From contig OX337241.1 of assembly GCA_946965045.2 (NCBI GenBank), positions 434,001 to 498,000 of the forward strand: 64,000 bases of DNA, read 5' to 3'. Source of the stretch: Epithemia pelagica. Taxonomy: Eukaryota; Protista; Bacillariophyta. The position numbers and the translations under genes are program-made. Each line of letters opens with the position of its first letter. The stretch's first letter is position 1. The notes below the pieces were generated by a model that ran no database searches, had not been told where the DNA came from, and saw only the letters and a list, made by a program, of their open reading frames with translations. Positions 22,003 through 33,968 of the stretch are shown here, one piece after another.

Positions 22003-25000
22003 TTGTATGTCCTAGTAGGTTATGATGATGAAGCTACAACTACTACTGCTCCAGCCACGAATGCAAGATGGATCGACTATTTATGGACCACGATATTGAC
22101 CATGATGGCCAACAGCCTGGCAATACTTGATGCAGCCATTCCACCACCCAGATATAGACCAAGGCCAAGATCGCCAGCAACCAGGAGACGACGAAAACAG
22201 TGGAACTCGAGCCTCATGAAAGGACTGTGCATGACCACGATACTTGCAGCTCCGGTGGCAAGCAAACTGGTCAAGGCGCATTCGGTCCGATTTGACTCGG
22301 ACAGCAAACCTCTCTTCATCGACAACTGTGCCACAGCATCAATCACCCACGATATCACCGATTGCTTGACATCTCCAACACCAATTCAACGCAAAATAAA
22401 GGGAATTGCTGGATTATACAAGACCGAGGTGTACTCCACGACGATCAAATGGGACATCGAAGACGACGATGGGCAAGTATACCGCATTGTGCTCCCCGGG
22501 TCATTCTATATTCCATCCACGTCACATCGACTCCTTTCCCCGCAACATTGGGCACAAGTGGCACGAGATCACCGACCGAAGCCGCATGGCACCCGATGTA
22601 TCACCACTGACGACACAATTACCCTGGAATGGAACCAAGGAACGAGCAAACGAACGATTCCGTTGAATCGGCGAGGCACCAATGTGGGAGAGTTCTCCAC
22701 GGCCACCGGAATGACCCACTACCAAAGCTTTTGTTGTAAAATCTGTGAAGATGACAACAATCCACCGATTGTTAGTGAGGCAAATGTGATCGAAGACGAT
22801 GACGACGCCACACAGGAAGACAACGTACCAAGAACAAGTGACGACGAAGGGAGTCTCGAGGACCGGACGGACATGGATGACGAACACAACGAGCAATACT
22901 TTCCACATCGAGACACGCCATTGACGACAGATTTTTTATTCGATACGGAAAAAGTGGTGCATGTGGATACCAAACGAAGAAGAAGTGCCGCATGAAAGTC
23001 CAACAGCTGAACTCCTTCGCACTCACCATCGACTCGGACATTTATCAATGGCAAAGATCCAAACCATGGCACGCCAAGGAGCATTACCAAGGCGACTGGG
23101 ATCATGTGCAGTTCCAGCATGCACTGCATGCCTGTACGGCAAAGCGACGAAGAAACCATGGCGAGTCAAGGGATCGCAAGGAACTTTAGATACAATGACG
23201 CGCCCCGGTCAATGCGTGTCAGTGGACCAGCTCATCTCGAATACGCCTGGTTATATTGCACACATGCGCGGTACTCCCACGCGAGAACGATATCGTGTCG
23301 CAACTGTTTTCGTGGATCACTTCTCGGGAATCGGCTATGTACATCTACAGCGGTCTACCTCAGCTACTGATACTATTGAAGCTAAGGAGAGATTCGAGTC
23401 ATGGGCAGAAACCCATGGGGTAGCTATCCAGCATTATCATGCCGACAATGGGATTTTCGCGGACAACGAGTTTAGAAAAGCAGTCGCGAGCAAAGGCCAG
23501 CGACTGACTTTCAGTGGCGTCAACGCTCATTTCCAGAGTGGCATGGCCGAACGTCGGATACGCGATCTACAAGACTCGGCAAGAACTATGCTATTGCATG
23601 CACACAGACGATGGCCCACAGCAATCACAACGAACCTATGGCCGTATACCGTTCGGTATGCATCAGACATGTTTAACGAAGCTCCTATGAAGAAACATAA
23701 AGACAAGACACCGATTGAACTCTTCTCCGGTTCCCCTGTGCGATTCAACATCCGAAATGCACATACCTTCGGATGCCCAAGTTATGTGCTGGATAACGAA
23801 CTTCAAGCTGGAAAGGGCCTGCCGAAGTGGTCCGAACGATCGCGGGTTGGTATCTTCCTGGGTTACTCGGCGCAACATGCAAGGACGGTTGGGCTTATTT
23901 TGTCCCTTTCATCGGGCCTATCGTCACCACAGTTCCATGTGCACTATGACGACAACTTTGAGACTATCCGTCGTAGTTTTGGAGAAGCCCAACCAATCTC
24001 TTATTGGCAACAGCGCGCGGGATTCAGCAAACGGACGAGCGGAACAGCACGACCCAAACGAGCAAAAGCTATCAATCTAGACGCACCCATGAGGGAGGTA
24101 GACAACAACGAGGAGATAGTGGACCAAGATCAGGCTACACCGACAAGAGACGATGAGGGAGATGCGGTACCAAATATCCCCGTGCATGAGGGAGCTGGTA
24201 TCCGACGGTCACAAAGGGAGCCAAGACCGACAACACGATATCAAGAATACATGGCAGAACTCGGCGACGACCTAAATCCATTGGGGGAACTAGCTATTGC
24301 TCTCCCAGGCATCGTGAGCATGACGGCGCAAGCACAGAAGAATCCTGACGTTATGTATTGGCACGAAGCCATGCAACAACCAGATCGCCACGAATTTATC
24401 AAGGCCGCACAAAAGGAAGTCAGAGATCACACTGAAAATGGATTGTGGGAGATCGTACGCCGAAAAGACATTCCTCCCGGTAGCTATATTACTCGCGCTG
24501 TCTGGAGCTGCATGCGGAAGCGCAGGCTAGAGACCGGGGAAATTTACAAGTGGAAATCACGACTAGCTTTTGATGGGTCCGGACAAACAAAGGGGGTCAA
24601 CTATTGGGAGACCTATGCCCCTGTTGTCCAATGGCCTGTTGTACGATATGTTCTAACTACCGCTCTGGCGCAAGGATGGGCTATTAAACAGGTCGACTAC
24701 GTCCTAGCGTACACCCAAGCAATGGCCGAGACGGATATGTACATGGAGGCTCCAAAGGCTTTTACCTTCGACACAAAGGGTGAACAAAAGGCTGAAGACT
24801 ATGTACTCAAAATTCGGCGTAATTACTACGGACAGAAGCAAGCAGCATGTGTATGGAACAAACATCTGGTACAACAGCTCGAGAAGGCAGGATTCACACA
24901 AAGCTCTCATGACGAATGCCTGTTTTATCACGGCCAAAGCATATACATATTGTATACAGATGACTCAATTCTAACAGGGCCGGATCCAGAAGAACTGAAT

Positions 25001-25954
25001 CGCATCATCGCCAAGTTAGAAGAGATCGGGCTTAAGATGACATATGAGGACGGGGTTGAAGATTTCTTAGGGGTCCATATCACAAAACAGGAATCAGGTC
25101 AGATGCATCTATCCCAGACACGACTAATTGATTCGATTCTCGATGACTTACGATTGCCGGAGGACGCCCAAGGAAAAGACATACCAGCAGCAAGTACAGT
25201 AAAGATGCGCTCAGATGACGACGGTGACCCATTCGACGGACACTTCCATTATTGCTCTGTGATTGGGAAGTTGAACTTCCTCGAGAAAAGTACACGACCG
25301 GACATTTCGTACGCCGTGCACCAATGCGCGAGATTTGCAGCAAATCCAAAGCAAATACACGGAAGAGCAGTCAAGCAAATCGGACGCTATCTTGCGTCGA
25401 CCCGTACTCTCGGCATACTGCTGAATCCACAAGAAGATGCCAACTTCGATGTCTATGCCAATGCGGATTTTTGTGGGAACTTCAACAAAACTGATATGCC
25501 CAGGACGGATATGGCACGATCTCGTACCGGCTATATCATCTTCTACGGGGGCTGCCCTATTGTGTGGGCTTCTAAATTACAGACTGAGATTGCTCTTTCC
25601 ACAACCGAGGCCGAGATCATTAGTCTGTCGACGTCACTACGGACGGTCATCCCACTGATGCATATCACCAAGGAAATGAAAACGCGGGGATACAAGGTCA
25701 TATCGACGCAACCAAGAGTGCATTGCCGAGCGTTTGAGGACAACAATGGAGCGTTCGAATTAGCAACCGTCCACAAATATCGTCCTCGAACACGCTATCT
25801 GTGTACAAAACTCTTCCATTTCAAAGAATATGTGGAACAGAAACAGATCACAATACTACCACGTGATACTGAGCTACAAACTGCTGACATCTTCACCAAA
25901 GCCTTGGACAAGGATACGTTCGAGCGACATCGCAAATCTATCATGGGCTGGTAG
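22003..25954 (+). pseudogene. pol: copia pol (protease, integrase, RT, RNase H) with a +1 frameshift at ~22965
   Basis: PR: FDSDSKPLFIDNCAT. IN: HHRLGH...CTAC, VSVDQL, HADNG, AERRIRDL. RT: QVDYVLAYTQ, YGQKQA, LYTDDSI. RNase H: YANADFCG (first catalytic D to N), TTEAE, EDNNGA, ADIFTKAL. An extra g at 22965-22966 splits the two ORFs. Confidence 0.95.
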
Positions 25955-25983
25955 TCCTGGTAGTCCTGACAATACCGCTCTGT

Positions 25984-25990
25984 GAGGGAG
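25984..25990 (+). promoter_or_regulatory. Polypurine tract
   Basis: gagggag immediately 5' of the 3' LTR. Confidence 0.85.
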
Positions 25991-26450
25991 TGTTCAAATA
26001 CTGTACGCAAGGGCATAACTACACGTGGGGGACAATGGGGACAGAGACAGAATTCCCATGACACAACACGCCCAACGCATCATTGAACCGCCGCCTCTCA
26101 CAAATCACAACGCAAATCAACAAAGACGAACGACGCATCTCAACATGGGATTTGGACGACGGCTATGTAACACTCATGCCGCTCTAAACAACGACTCCCA
26201 TGGCCAGAGCAATAACGGTACTGGCTCCGAAGTAAGCGGACGCCACTTAGGGAGCCACGAATCCCAGAATAGGCAGCAAGGTCGTCCATAAACAATTGGG
26301 ACCGCCAATTTGGTCGATCAACGCACCAATCTACGAGTTAACGCTCAACGCATGAGCAGGAGCGATTCATAGCTTGCACACGATAATCTAGAAACACACA
26401 ATTTTGCAAAAGAGCTCTTTTTCGTTACTCGACAGTAGTGAAAAACAACA
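25991..26450 (+). repeat. 3' LTR
   Basis: 460 bp, matches the 5' LTR at 458/460. Confidence 0.97.
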
Positions 26451-28453
26451 GGAGATAGGAGGAGAAGAAGAAGAATGTGTTGGGTTGGAACACAAGAACT
26501 CCATCACCCGCATATGGAAGCAGGTGATGATGGCATTGACAGTGACTACAACATTGATGAACTCCTTAATTACTAAAATCTCAGGCATGTGCAACCTGCA
26601 TTAGGTGAAAAGGTGTCGTTGTGGGAATTCCACTGGGAATGGGAACGTTCCCATTGGGATCAATGGGAACGTTCCCAATTCCCGTCGTTGAAATGCTTTC
26701 CCCCAACACTACTTGTGTCGCCCTTGTCTTCTTCAACAAGGAAGACTTAACAACACAATTTCTGAGGTGTACGTCAGCCAATTCCAACGTCTCTTATTCA
26801 ATCTTGAAGCAGGGTCCAGTACTCAGTACTAATTACTAATTAGTCGTCATTTCATGGGCGTATGTCCTATGGTCAAAAAAATTATATAGGCTTATAGCTC
26901 TTTTTAGTACGAACATTTCGGTACCCTCGGTATAGATGACCACCTATTAGTCGTATGTACGTCGTCCGCAAACTGTCCCCCCAATGGAGATTTTTTTCTC
27001 GATTCAATTCCTATTTTCCATAAAAAATCAGAAAGGACACGCCCGCATATCCTTGTCACATTTCAAATCAGTTTGAGCGGCCCAGCGTGCATGACGGTTG
27101 CCGTTGGTGGTTGGTGCACGAATTCCGCATACACTCTATAAAAAAACAAACAAACCTCCATTACAGCGGCCATGTCCATGGCAATTCTTGCAATGGCATG
27201 ATTTTTCAGCTTCCATGCTACCCAGGTACGTCAAGAAAGACAGAGCTGCGATTGGGCTAAGGACAAGCATCTCAATAGTCCCTCCCTGTTGTTTTTGTTC
27301 GCATACACCCCTTGAGCCCCATTTTCTGGACTCGTTGCGACGTCTCACTTTTCACCAGTCCAATTTCGCTTGTAGTCTTTATGATTGATTCATTTGTAGC
27401 CCTTTTACTCTGATACTAGTCTAGGTAGAATTCCTGTTCTATATTTTATCATAGGGGTAAATATCAAGGTCAATGGTGGTGTCCTGCTCTACCAGGGATT
27501 CTCTTGTCTTTATTCTTCTCCTCGTCTTCACCTTGAAGAAGATACAGCAAACACTAAGAATTTGTCTCAGCGAGCAATAGGGTAGAAAGAAAGTGGTGAC
27601 AATCAGCCTCATGATGTAGTTTGCCATCTACAACTTGGATTACTACTCCTAAGAGTAAGAAGAAGAAACCATTTCGTCCCCTACCTAGTAGACAACTCGA
27701 ACCATGGATGTGACATGCCCTACAATGAGAAAACGGGCGAAAACACTACCAATCTATCAATCCTAAGAAGAAACAGAAGGCACAAACAACAACTGAAGGA
27801 AAGACGCGCTCTGTCTACAGTATACAATGATTCGTCCGCGGTTCATGTGCCATGGCCGATGGTCTTACCGGTACCGTGATATTGTAGGGCCCTTCAGATT
27901 TTGCTCTCACGGTTTTTATGAGCTGTCGCTCGCGAGCGTCTGGAATTTGAATCGTGTTGATTTGAGGACGCCGGCCAACCTTCAACTGTCACTTGCACGC
28001 CGGCCATTCTACATGACGATTTGCTTTTGGAAGATTTTATGGGGGAGAAGGACAGAGTTCTGTGCGGACGACGTACGTACGGTTTATAGGTGGTCACCGA
28101 TACAGAGCCTTATATGTTCGATCTTCGATCTCGTATTCCTGACGACCTGTGATCAAAAAAGGGACGAATTGGAAGCACCTACTTTCATCCCGTACCGGTT
28201 GATCCTTATATGCCTCCTAGGAGAGCGCGAGGGCCAGGACGCTCTATTGGAGTATCAAAGGGACCAGAGTTGCCGGAACATCGCGAAATTGCGTTTTGGG
28301 CCTGGTCAAGAGTTGGGAAATCCCCAATCCTATGTTAGCTAACATCCGCAATGTGGAAACAAACTGCTAAACTAGGTAAATATATTAATAACTAAGATTA
28401 CGATTGAATGCACCATCAGGCCAGAGTGGTTCCTCACCATGGTCAAATAGCAT

Positions 28454-29245
28454 TCATTCATCAGCGCGCACCATAGTGGCGTTGTCCTCATCATCATAGT
28501 TGTAGTTGTCGTTGTTATTGTTGTTGCGATAATTGTTGTTGTTGCGGGTCCCAGAGGGTGAGCCAAAGACACGAACTCCACCATTCCTCTTCCTGACGCG
28601 CTTCTCCGTGGCAACAAGATCAATTGCCAAGATGGAGACCATGTGTGTATGACCAGTCATCGGGTCAAAGTCCCTGTCACTGTTAGGAAAGTGTTGAACC
28701 TCCCACATTGAGATCTCCTGCTCGCATGTGAACGGCAATTTGACCCTCTGTGGATCACCAAATAGGCGCTGTTCGGACGTGCCATCGCCATGCTTCTTCT
28801 GGATGCTATCCACCATCATTTTGTAGGCCGTTGCCTTGTGTGTGTTGTCGTTGATTTCCTCATTTGCTTGGAAGAGTCTATCAGGGTGCACGAACATGGG
28901 AGGGATGATGGTTCCGAGCTCCAACTCTTGCCCACCAGAAGCAACCTGCGGACGAAATGCACTTTCCTTGAATCCAAAGACAAGGAAATCGATACTCACA
29001 TGCATTTGGTCCATTTCCTCATACGTGTAGAGAAAGTAAGGGAAGACAACTTCCATTCCAAAAGGTGATTTGGTGGATGCCCGTCCAATACTGATTTTTC
29101 CCAAGAGGTCTGAAATGTCCTGGGCCTCGCCACCTGCCTGTTCTTCTTCTACTTCAAGTTCTTCTTCTTCACCTGCAGAAGCCTCGTCAACTTCCTCTGC
29201 TTCCTCTTCGACTTCCTCGCGTTCGTCTTCTTTGTTTCGACCCAT
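28454..29245 (-). CDS. Hypothetical protein with acidic N-terminus, likely transposon-associated (ORF B)
   Basis: 263-aa open frame from ATG 29245; E-rich start, globular core, N-rich tail; next to the PIF-like transposase. Confidence 0.6.
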   Translation of the reverse strand: MGRNKEDEREEVEEEAEEVDEASAGEEEELEVEEEQAGGEAQDISDLLGKISIGRASTKSPFGMEVVFPYFLYTYEEMDQMHVSIDFLVFGFKESAFRPQVASGGQELELGTIIPPMFVHPDRLFQANEEINDNTHKATAYKMMVDSIQKKHGDGTSEQRLFGDPQRVKLPFTCEQEISMWEVQHFPNSDRDFDPMTGHTHMVSILAIDLVATEKRVRKRNGGVRVFGSPSGTRNNNNYRNNNNNDNYNYDDEDNATMVRADE

Positions 29246-29318
29246 TGTTGTTGAACAGTTACAAGAACCAGTTAGAAACTGGTCAGCAGAAGATATTCGC
29301 AATTGAATCAGTACGTAC

Positions 29319-29562
29319 CTTGGGCTTTCCTTGCACCAGCAAGTGAGCTTTCCACGTTGAAGGCACGGGCCTTTCTGCGGAACAGAGGTGCAAAGTTCCG
29401 GTAGGCACGCTCAGGAAAGTGAGTTTGGCGCACCTTTTCAATGTTATCTCTTCCCAAGTCCTGTGGTGACACTCCACCCTTGGACAACTTCTTCCGGAAC
29501 AACGCTGCTAGTTTGGCGTCGTCTTGTTTGCCCCACTTTGGTGCTGCTCCAACTTCTGACAT
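29319..29562 (-). CDS. Small basic helical protein/exon, possible Myb/SANT-like DNA-binding partner (ORF A)
   Basis: MSEVGAAPKWGKQDDAKLAALFRKK...HFPERAYRNFAPLFRRKARAF; ends at a donor-like AG|GTACGT at 29318. Confidence 0.5.
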
Positions 29563-29944
29563 TATGTGGTTTTGTGGCGAGATTTTCTTTTTGAGAAACC
29601 ACAACAGGCTTCAGTCCTGTGAAGCAACAACCCACAACCTGTGACATGCGGGAACAAAATTCAGAGCGGGAGGGAGACGTATCACATGGGAACTCGTGAG
29701 ACATCACTGATAGGCTTAAATCTTTCTACCTATAAAACCGGCAGCAAGTCAATACTAAATCATGCAGGCATAACTAGGGGTATAGTAACAATTTTTTATG
29801 TGATGAGTGAACTAATGGTTTACGAGTAAGTGTGACGGTGACGAGCAGATCCATGCTATGCTGCTACATATTAGTGACCACAATTTAGATGGGCTTAAGC
29901 GAGTAGGATTGAATCGCAGAACTACAGAGATCGCAAAACTACGG

Positions 29945-30178
29945 AAATCACAAAACGGCCGAAAAATGCAAAACGGCCGAAAAATGCAAAACGGCCAAAA
30001 GGCGCAAAGCGTCCAAAAGGCGCAAAACGACCAAAAGGCGCAAAACGGCCGGTGCTACAAGCGCAAAACGGCTGAAAGGCGCAAAACGGCCGAAAGGCGC
30101 AAAACGGCCAAAAAGTGCAAAACGGCCAAAAAGTGCAAAACGGCCAAAAAGTGAAAAACGGCCAAAAAGTGAAAAACA
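29945..30178. repeat. 18-bp minisatellite, about 13 degenerate units
   Basis: Repeats of (g)caaaacggccaaaaagtg / gcgcaaaacggccgaaag between the divergent ORFs and the transposase. Confidence 0.9.
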
Positions 30179-30709
30179 AAAAACCTGTACAGAAAATCAA
30201 TTATTCAATCACACATACAGGGCATATATTAATCTATGGAAGATCAGAAACGAGCACACAACAGAGATGTGATTTCTTTGTTCATGTGCTTCCCCGAATC
30301 CAATGCCATAGAGTAAACTCAACGTCCAATGACTTCAAAGTTCAAATGGGTCCCGGTAGAATCGTTTCATAGTTCCTACAATAGTTGTTGTTGTCTTGCC
30401 ACTCTATTATGGTTATGAGCATGATCTGTGAGGAATGTCCGCCGTTGTCCATGGGCTATGACTACTCCTAACTATGATCTATGATTGGTGTGTTGGCTAT
30501 GTACCAATAATTTTATGTCCATGTGACATGACCAACAGAACTTTTTGAACATATAGTAGATGACTCACCTAACCCTTCCTGCTTTTCATGTGTAATCAAT
30601 GATTGGGCATAACTTGTTTGGGGTCTTGGGTGTCGGTTGGTGCAACTCTCACACGACCCCTGCTCCCCAGCCAGACAACATCAAATACCAAACTGTGTCA
30701 CAACAAAAG

Positions 30710-31676
30710 ATGAATGAACCAGATCGAAAGCGACCACGGCCCGAGCCACCTGATGCCAATGATGTGCTCAGGATTGCTCGTCGGATCTGGGGACGTGATG
30801 GTCGAAGACAGCGCTCTCCAGAGACTGAGGATCTGGAGTTCCAGAGTTTTTTTGGGTGTTCGGTGGCAGTGTTTTTGTCTTTGTGGTCCTTGCTGGGAAC
30901 CACCGACACCATACCTACAGGGGGTACAATGACTCATTTGTTGTGGACCCTTCTATTTCTGAAGGTCTACTCAAATGCAAAGTCATTGTGTGCCCTTGTA
31001 GGTGGTGTTGACCCGGAAACCTTCCGCAAGTGGACGTGGTTATTCATTCCGGCGATTGCAAACCTAGAACCCCTAGTGGTAAGTGGTGCTCCTACTTTGC
31101 GAAAGTGATGTCTGTCTTTTCTTATCTAACCAGATTGCTTCAGATAATATTTAAGAATAGGTTTAAGACAGATATTGGCAATGACTGCCTGATGTCAGTT
31201 GATGGGACGGACTTTCGTGTCCCCGAGCATGGCCGCAGGTTTTTTTCGTACAAGTTTAAAAAGAGTGGTCTTCGGTATGAGGTGGGCCTTTGTATTCGCA
31301 CCGGAGATATTGTGTGGATCAACGGGCCATATGAGTGTGGGTTGTGGAATGATCTTATGATCTTCTGCAACTCACTACTCTCGCACCTCGAACCCAACGA
31401 GCGCATTGAAGCAGATGATGGATACGTCGGGGAACATCCCCAGAAAGTCAAATGCCCAAAGGGCTTCACCAATCTACCCGAAAAGAAAAAATGCAACAAC
31501 GTGTCCGTAGTCGTCAGGAAACAATCAACAAGAGGTTCAAGCTTTGGGGCTGCCTCGCCCAGACATTTCGACACGAGTTCAACCAGCATGCGGACGTTTT
31601 CAGAGCTGTTGCCATCGTCTGCCAGCTTACAATCAACAACGGCGAACAACTATTTCAGGTTGACTACGAAGACTAG
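30710..31676 (+). pseudogene. PIF/Harbinger (DDE_Tnp_4, ISL2EU-like) transposase, one intron (31079-31143), -1 frameshift at 31486-31491
   Basis: N-terminal HTH-like HLLWTLLFLKVY...VDPETFRKW; catalytic SVDGTDF, WND, EADDGY and RQETINKRFK. GT-AG intron with ctaac branch point. One A missing from an A-run before MQQRVRSR. Confidence 0.85.
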
Positions 31677-32469
31677 TGCCTAATGACTAATGAATGTTAG
31701 TTGTCTATTTGTATGCCAACTGATTGTATCTATAGGTTGACTTGGTAAGCTACCGCTGCTACGAGCCTTTGCTATGAGTGTCATGTTGCCGACGTTGCTG
31801 ACCATCAGGCGCAAAAGGCAATTTCGCGATGTTCCGCCGGCACAATGCTGTGGTCGGGCCATTTTGACCCTCCTCACCATTGTCAATCAGGGCACCTTTT
31901 CCTGAGGTGCTTTGACTTCCGTCGCCAAATATTTTGTACTTTTGGTATAGTAGTGTAGAGGCGCGCATGTCATTCTATATGACCCCCCATATTATTCTAA
32001 GATTTTGATACTCCGAATGAGCCAGCCGTCCTCCTGTAGGGTTTGTACTGGAGTATACGTGAATTTTTAATGCGACTAAAATAAGCAAAAACCAATTGGT
32101 GCAACAAAGGGTTTCCAGAGGGAGTAAGAGTAGTAGAAGTAGGTAGGAGTCTATTGACCTGACAGTCAGGGTCGGAAGTCGGAAGATTTTCGATTTTCGA
32201 TTTTCATGCAGGAAGTTTGCAATGGTTCTTGAGGTTCAGCAGAATCCGACATTCCCCGGAAGCATGCCATGTGCCATTGGCCATTGGGAGCTACTCCTGC
32301 TACCTGAGCAGGGACTTCCCCCCGGAGCAGAACTTGAGACTTCAGAGAAACCGGGTAGTAGGAGTAGTACTCTTAGAGATTAGAGAGGACCCAGACAGAG
32401 TCATGATCACATCAAGAAACCAGAGCACTGTGCCATTTGGGTGCTGTGGAGTGTAGGTTTTCAGTACCA

Positions 32470-32880
32470 TGGTCATGTCTTTGGTCGGACATGACCTCCC
32501 CCACAGCTGCCAGATTATTTCTTCCATCTATTTTTGAGTTCAACGGGGTCGCCTTTGTTGTTGTTGCTGCTACTTCTGTAGCTGCCGCTGCTGTTCGGGA
32601 CGTCGTTGCTGCAAGGAGGGTCATGGTTGAGACTTTTGTTTGCGTTTCAATTGATCTTGGTCATCCAATTCCTTTCGCAACCATTCATTGACTGCCTCGT
32701 CACGCAATCCCAGGGGATTCAAGGCCTCACCCGAACCAATTTAGAGCTTCAAATAGGCCAATTGCGGTGAAGGTGCCTGTTCACTTCCACGAATGTTGGA
32801 GGCAAACCCGGCTGATTGGGATGCTCCTCACGTGTTGCCAATGGTATCGGCCTACAAAACCGTTGACTTGATATCATGAG
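32470..32880 (-). pseudogene. Degenerate duplicate of the 3' end of the gene at 40863-44504
   Basis: Clear nucleotide similarity to ~40800-41225 (gactgcctcgtcacgcaatcccaggggattcaaggcc...), with a ~65-bp internal deletion. Confidence 0.85.
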
Positions 32881-33500
32881 TCGTCATCGACGCGACGGGA
32901 AAGTCCTCATGCTTTATATCTTCGGTTGCCACTCCTAAGACTCTAGTAGAGTACCATCAGTATGACAGAGGAGGAGAGCCTAGAGGAACAGCGACATTCA
33001 GTACCTTAGTCGTAGTCGCCGCGGACGAAAAAGAAGATGCGTCTGCGCAACAGAAACGCCATGTTGAAAATGGAGTATCCTCATCGTCGTCGTTTTCCTT
33101 CTTGTCGGATTCACAAGTTTTACGTCCGCTGGTCGTAAGTCGATTCTTGACTTGTCAAAAATTGGGACGTTTCTTGTTGCTTACCTCCAAACAAATTACA
33201 GCCGCCATGGCGTACGGTGATCACAAGAAGAATGAGGACCATGGCGACGACGGTGGTGGTGATGACATGAATACCGTGACGACCGACCAAGATTTGGTTT
33301 GGAAACCGATTTGCATTCAACACTGGGATACGGTAGAAACGGTAGAAACCTTTGCCGAAACGACGGGTTTGTCTTCCGGCCTATCCTCTAGCATCCTTGA
33401 TTGCCATTTTTGACAATTGGGCCGAAATTCGTACCGATGCCGTCAAAATTGCCCGTCTCTGTCGTCGGCCCGACATTCACCGTGCATCGGGCTTGGGGAC

Positions 33501-33713
33501 ATGTACGATGTTGTGGCTTTTTTGATGCGAGTGTCGGAAGAATCTACCAAGAGTTGTCACTTGTGCGGTAAAAGCCCACTGGATAGGCAAACTCGGTTTG
33601 CTCCTTGCTCTGCCTGTAAAGAGGTGCATTATTGCAGCCGCGACTGCCAGAGAAAGGATTGGTCTCGCCACAAGCGACGTCATGAACTTTTTGATGAACC
33701 TCATTATTTGTGA
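33501..33713 (+). pseudogene. MYND-type zinc finger fragment
   Basis: CHLCG...CSACKEVHYCSRDCQRKDWSRHKRRH; upstream frames are broken. Confidence 0.7.
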
Positions 33714-33968
33714 AAGCTGGGAACGTCCATGACGTCGGAAACTCAATACCACAATACATACCTTACTACTTGACCTCCCAAAAAAGTCCAATTCACATGT
33801 GTACTATATATGCGACTCCCAAATCAAGTCGCAAGCCCTTGGCTCTGACGAGCTTTATGGAAACTATTCATTTCGTCAAACATCTCGGACACTTTGACCC
33901 GGTAACCACCCCAAAACACGGACCAGAATCCCGTAATTCCGAGGTCTTGTGGACGGATATGAATCTCG

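Larger units (their letters stand above)
20601..26450 (+). mobile_element. Full-length Ty1/copia LTR retrotransposon (diatom CoDi type), recently inserted but disabled
   Basis: TG...CA LTRs of 460 bp with 2 differences; gag-PR-IN-RT-RH order; PPT gagggag; 6-bp TSD ggagat at 20595-20600 and 26451-26456. Confidence 0.97.
20283..26711. mobile_element. Non-autonomous hAT DNA transposon (~573 bp once the copia insertion is removed)
   Basis: 14-bp TIRs tagggttgggggaa (20283-20296) and ttcccccaacacta (26698-26711), 13/14 match; 8-bp TSD cttgtgtc at 20275-20282 and 26712-26719; gggaattccc-type subterminal repeats at both ends. Confidence 0.88.

Noticed and set aside
22961-22995. Programmed ribosomal frameshift between protease and integrase
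   Set aside because: No slippery heptamer; removing one g restores a natural reading (HVIPNEEE), and copia pol is normally one ORF.
27827-28342. 171-aa plus-strand ORF
   Set aside because: No recognisable motif, and it overlaps a degenerate inverted repeat; probably spurious.
29858-30372. K/Q/N-rich ORFs over the 18-bp minisatellite
   Set aside because: Open on both strands simply because the 18-bp unit lacks stops.
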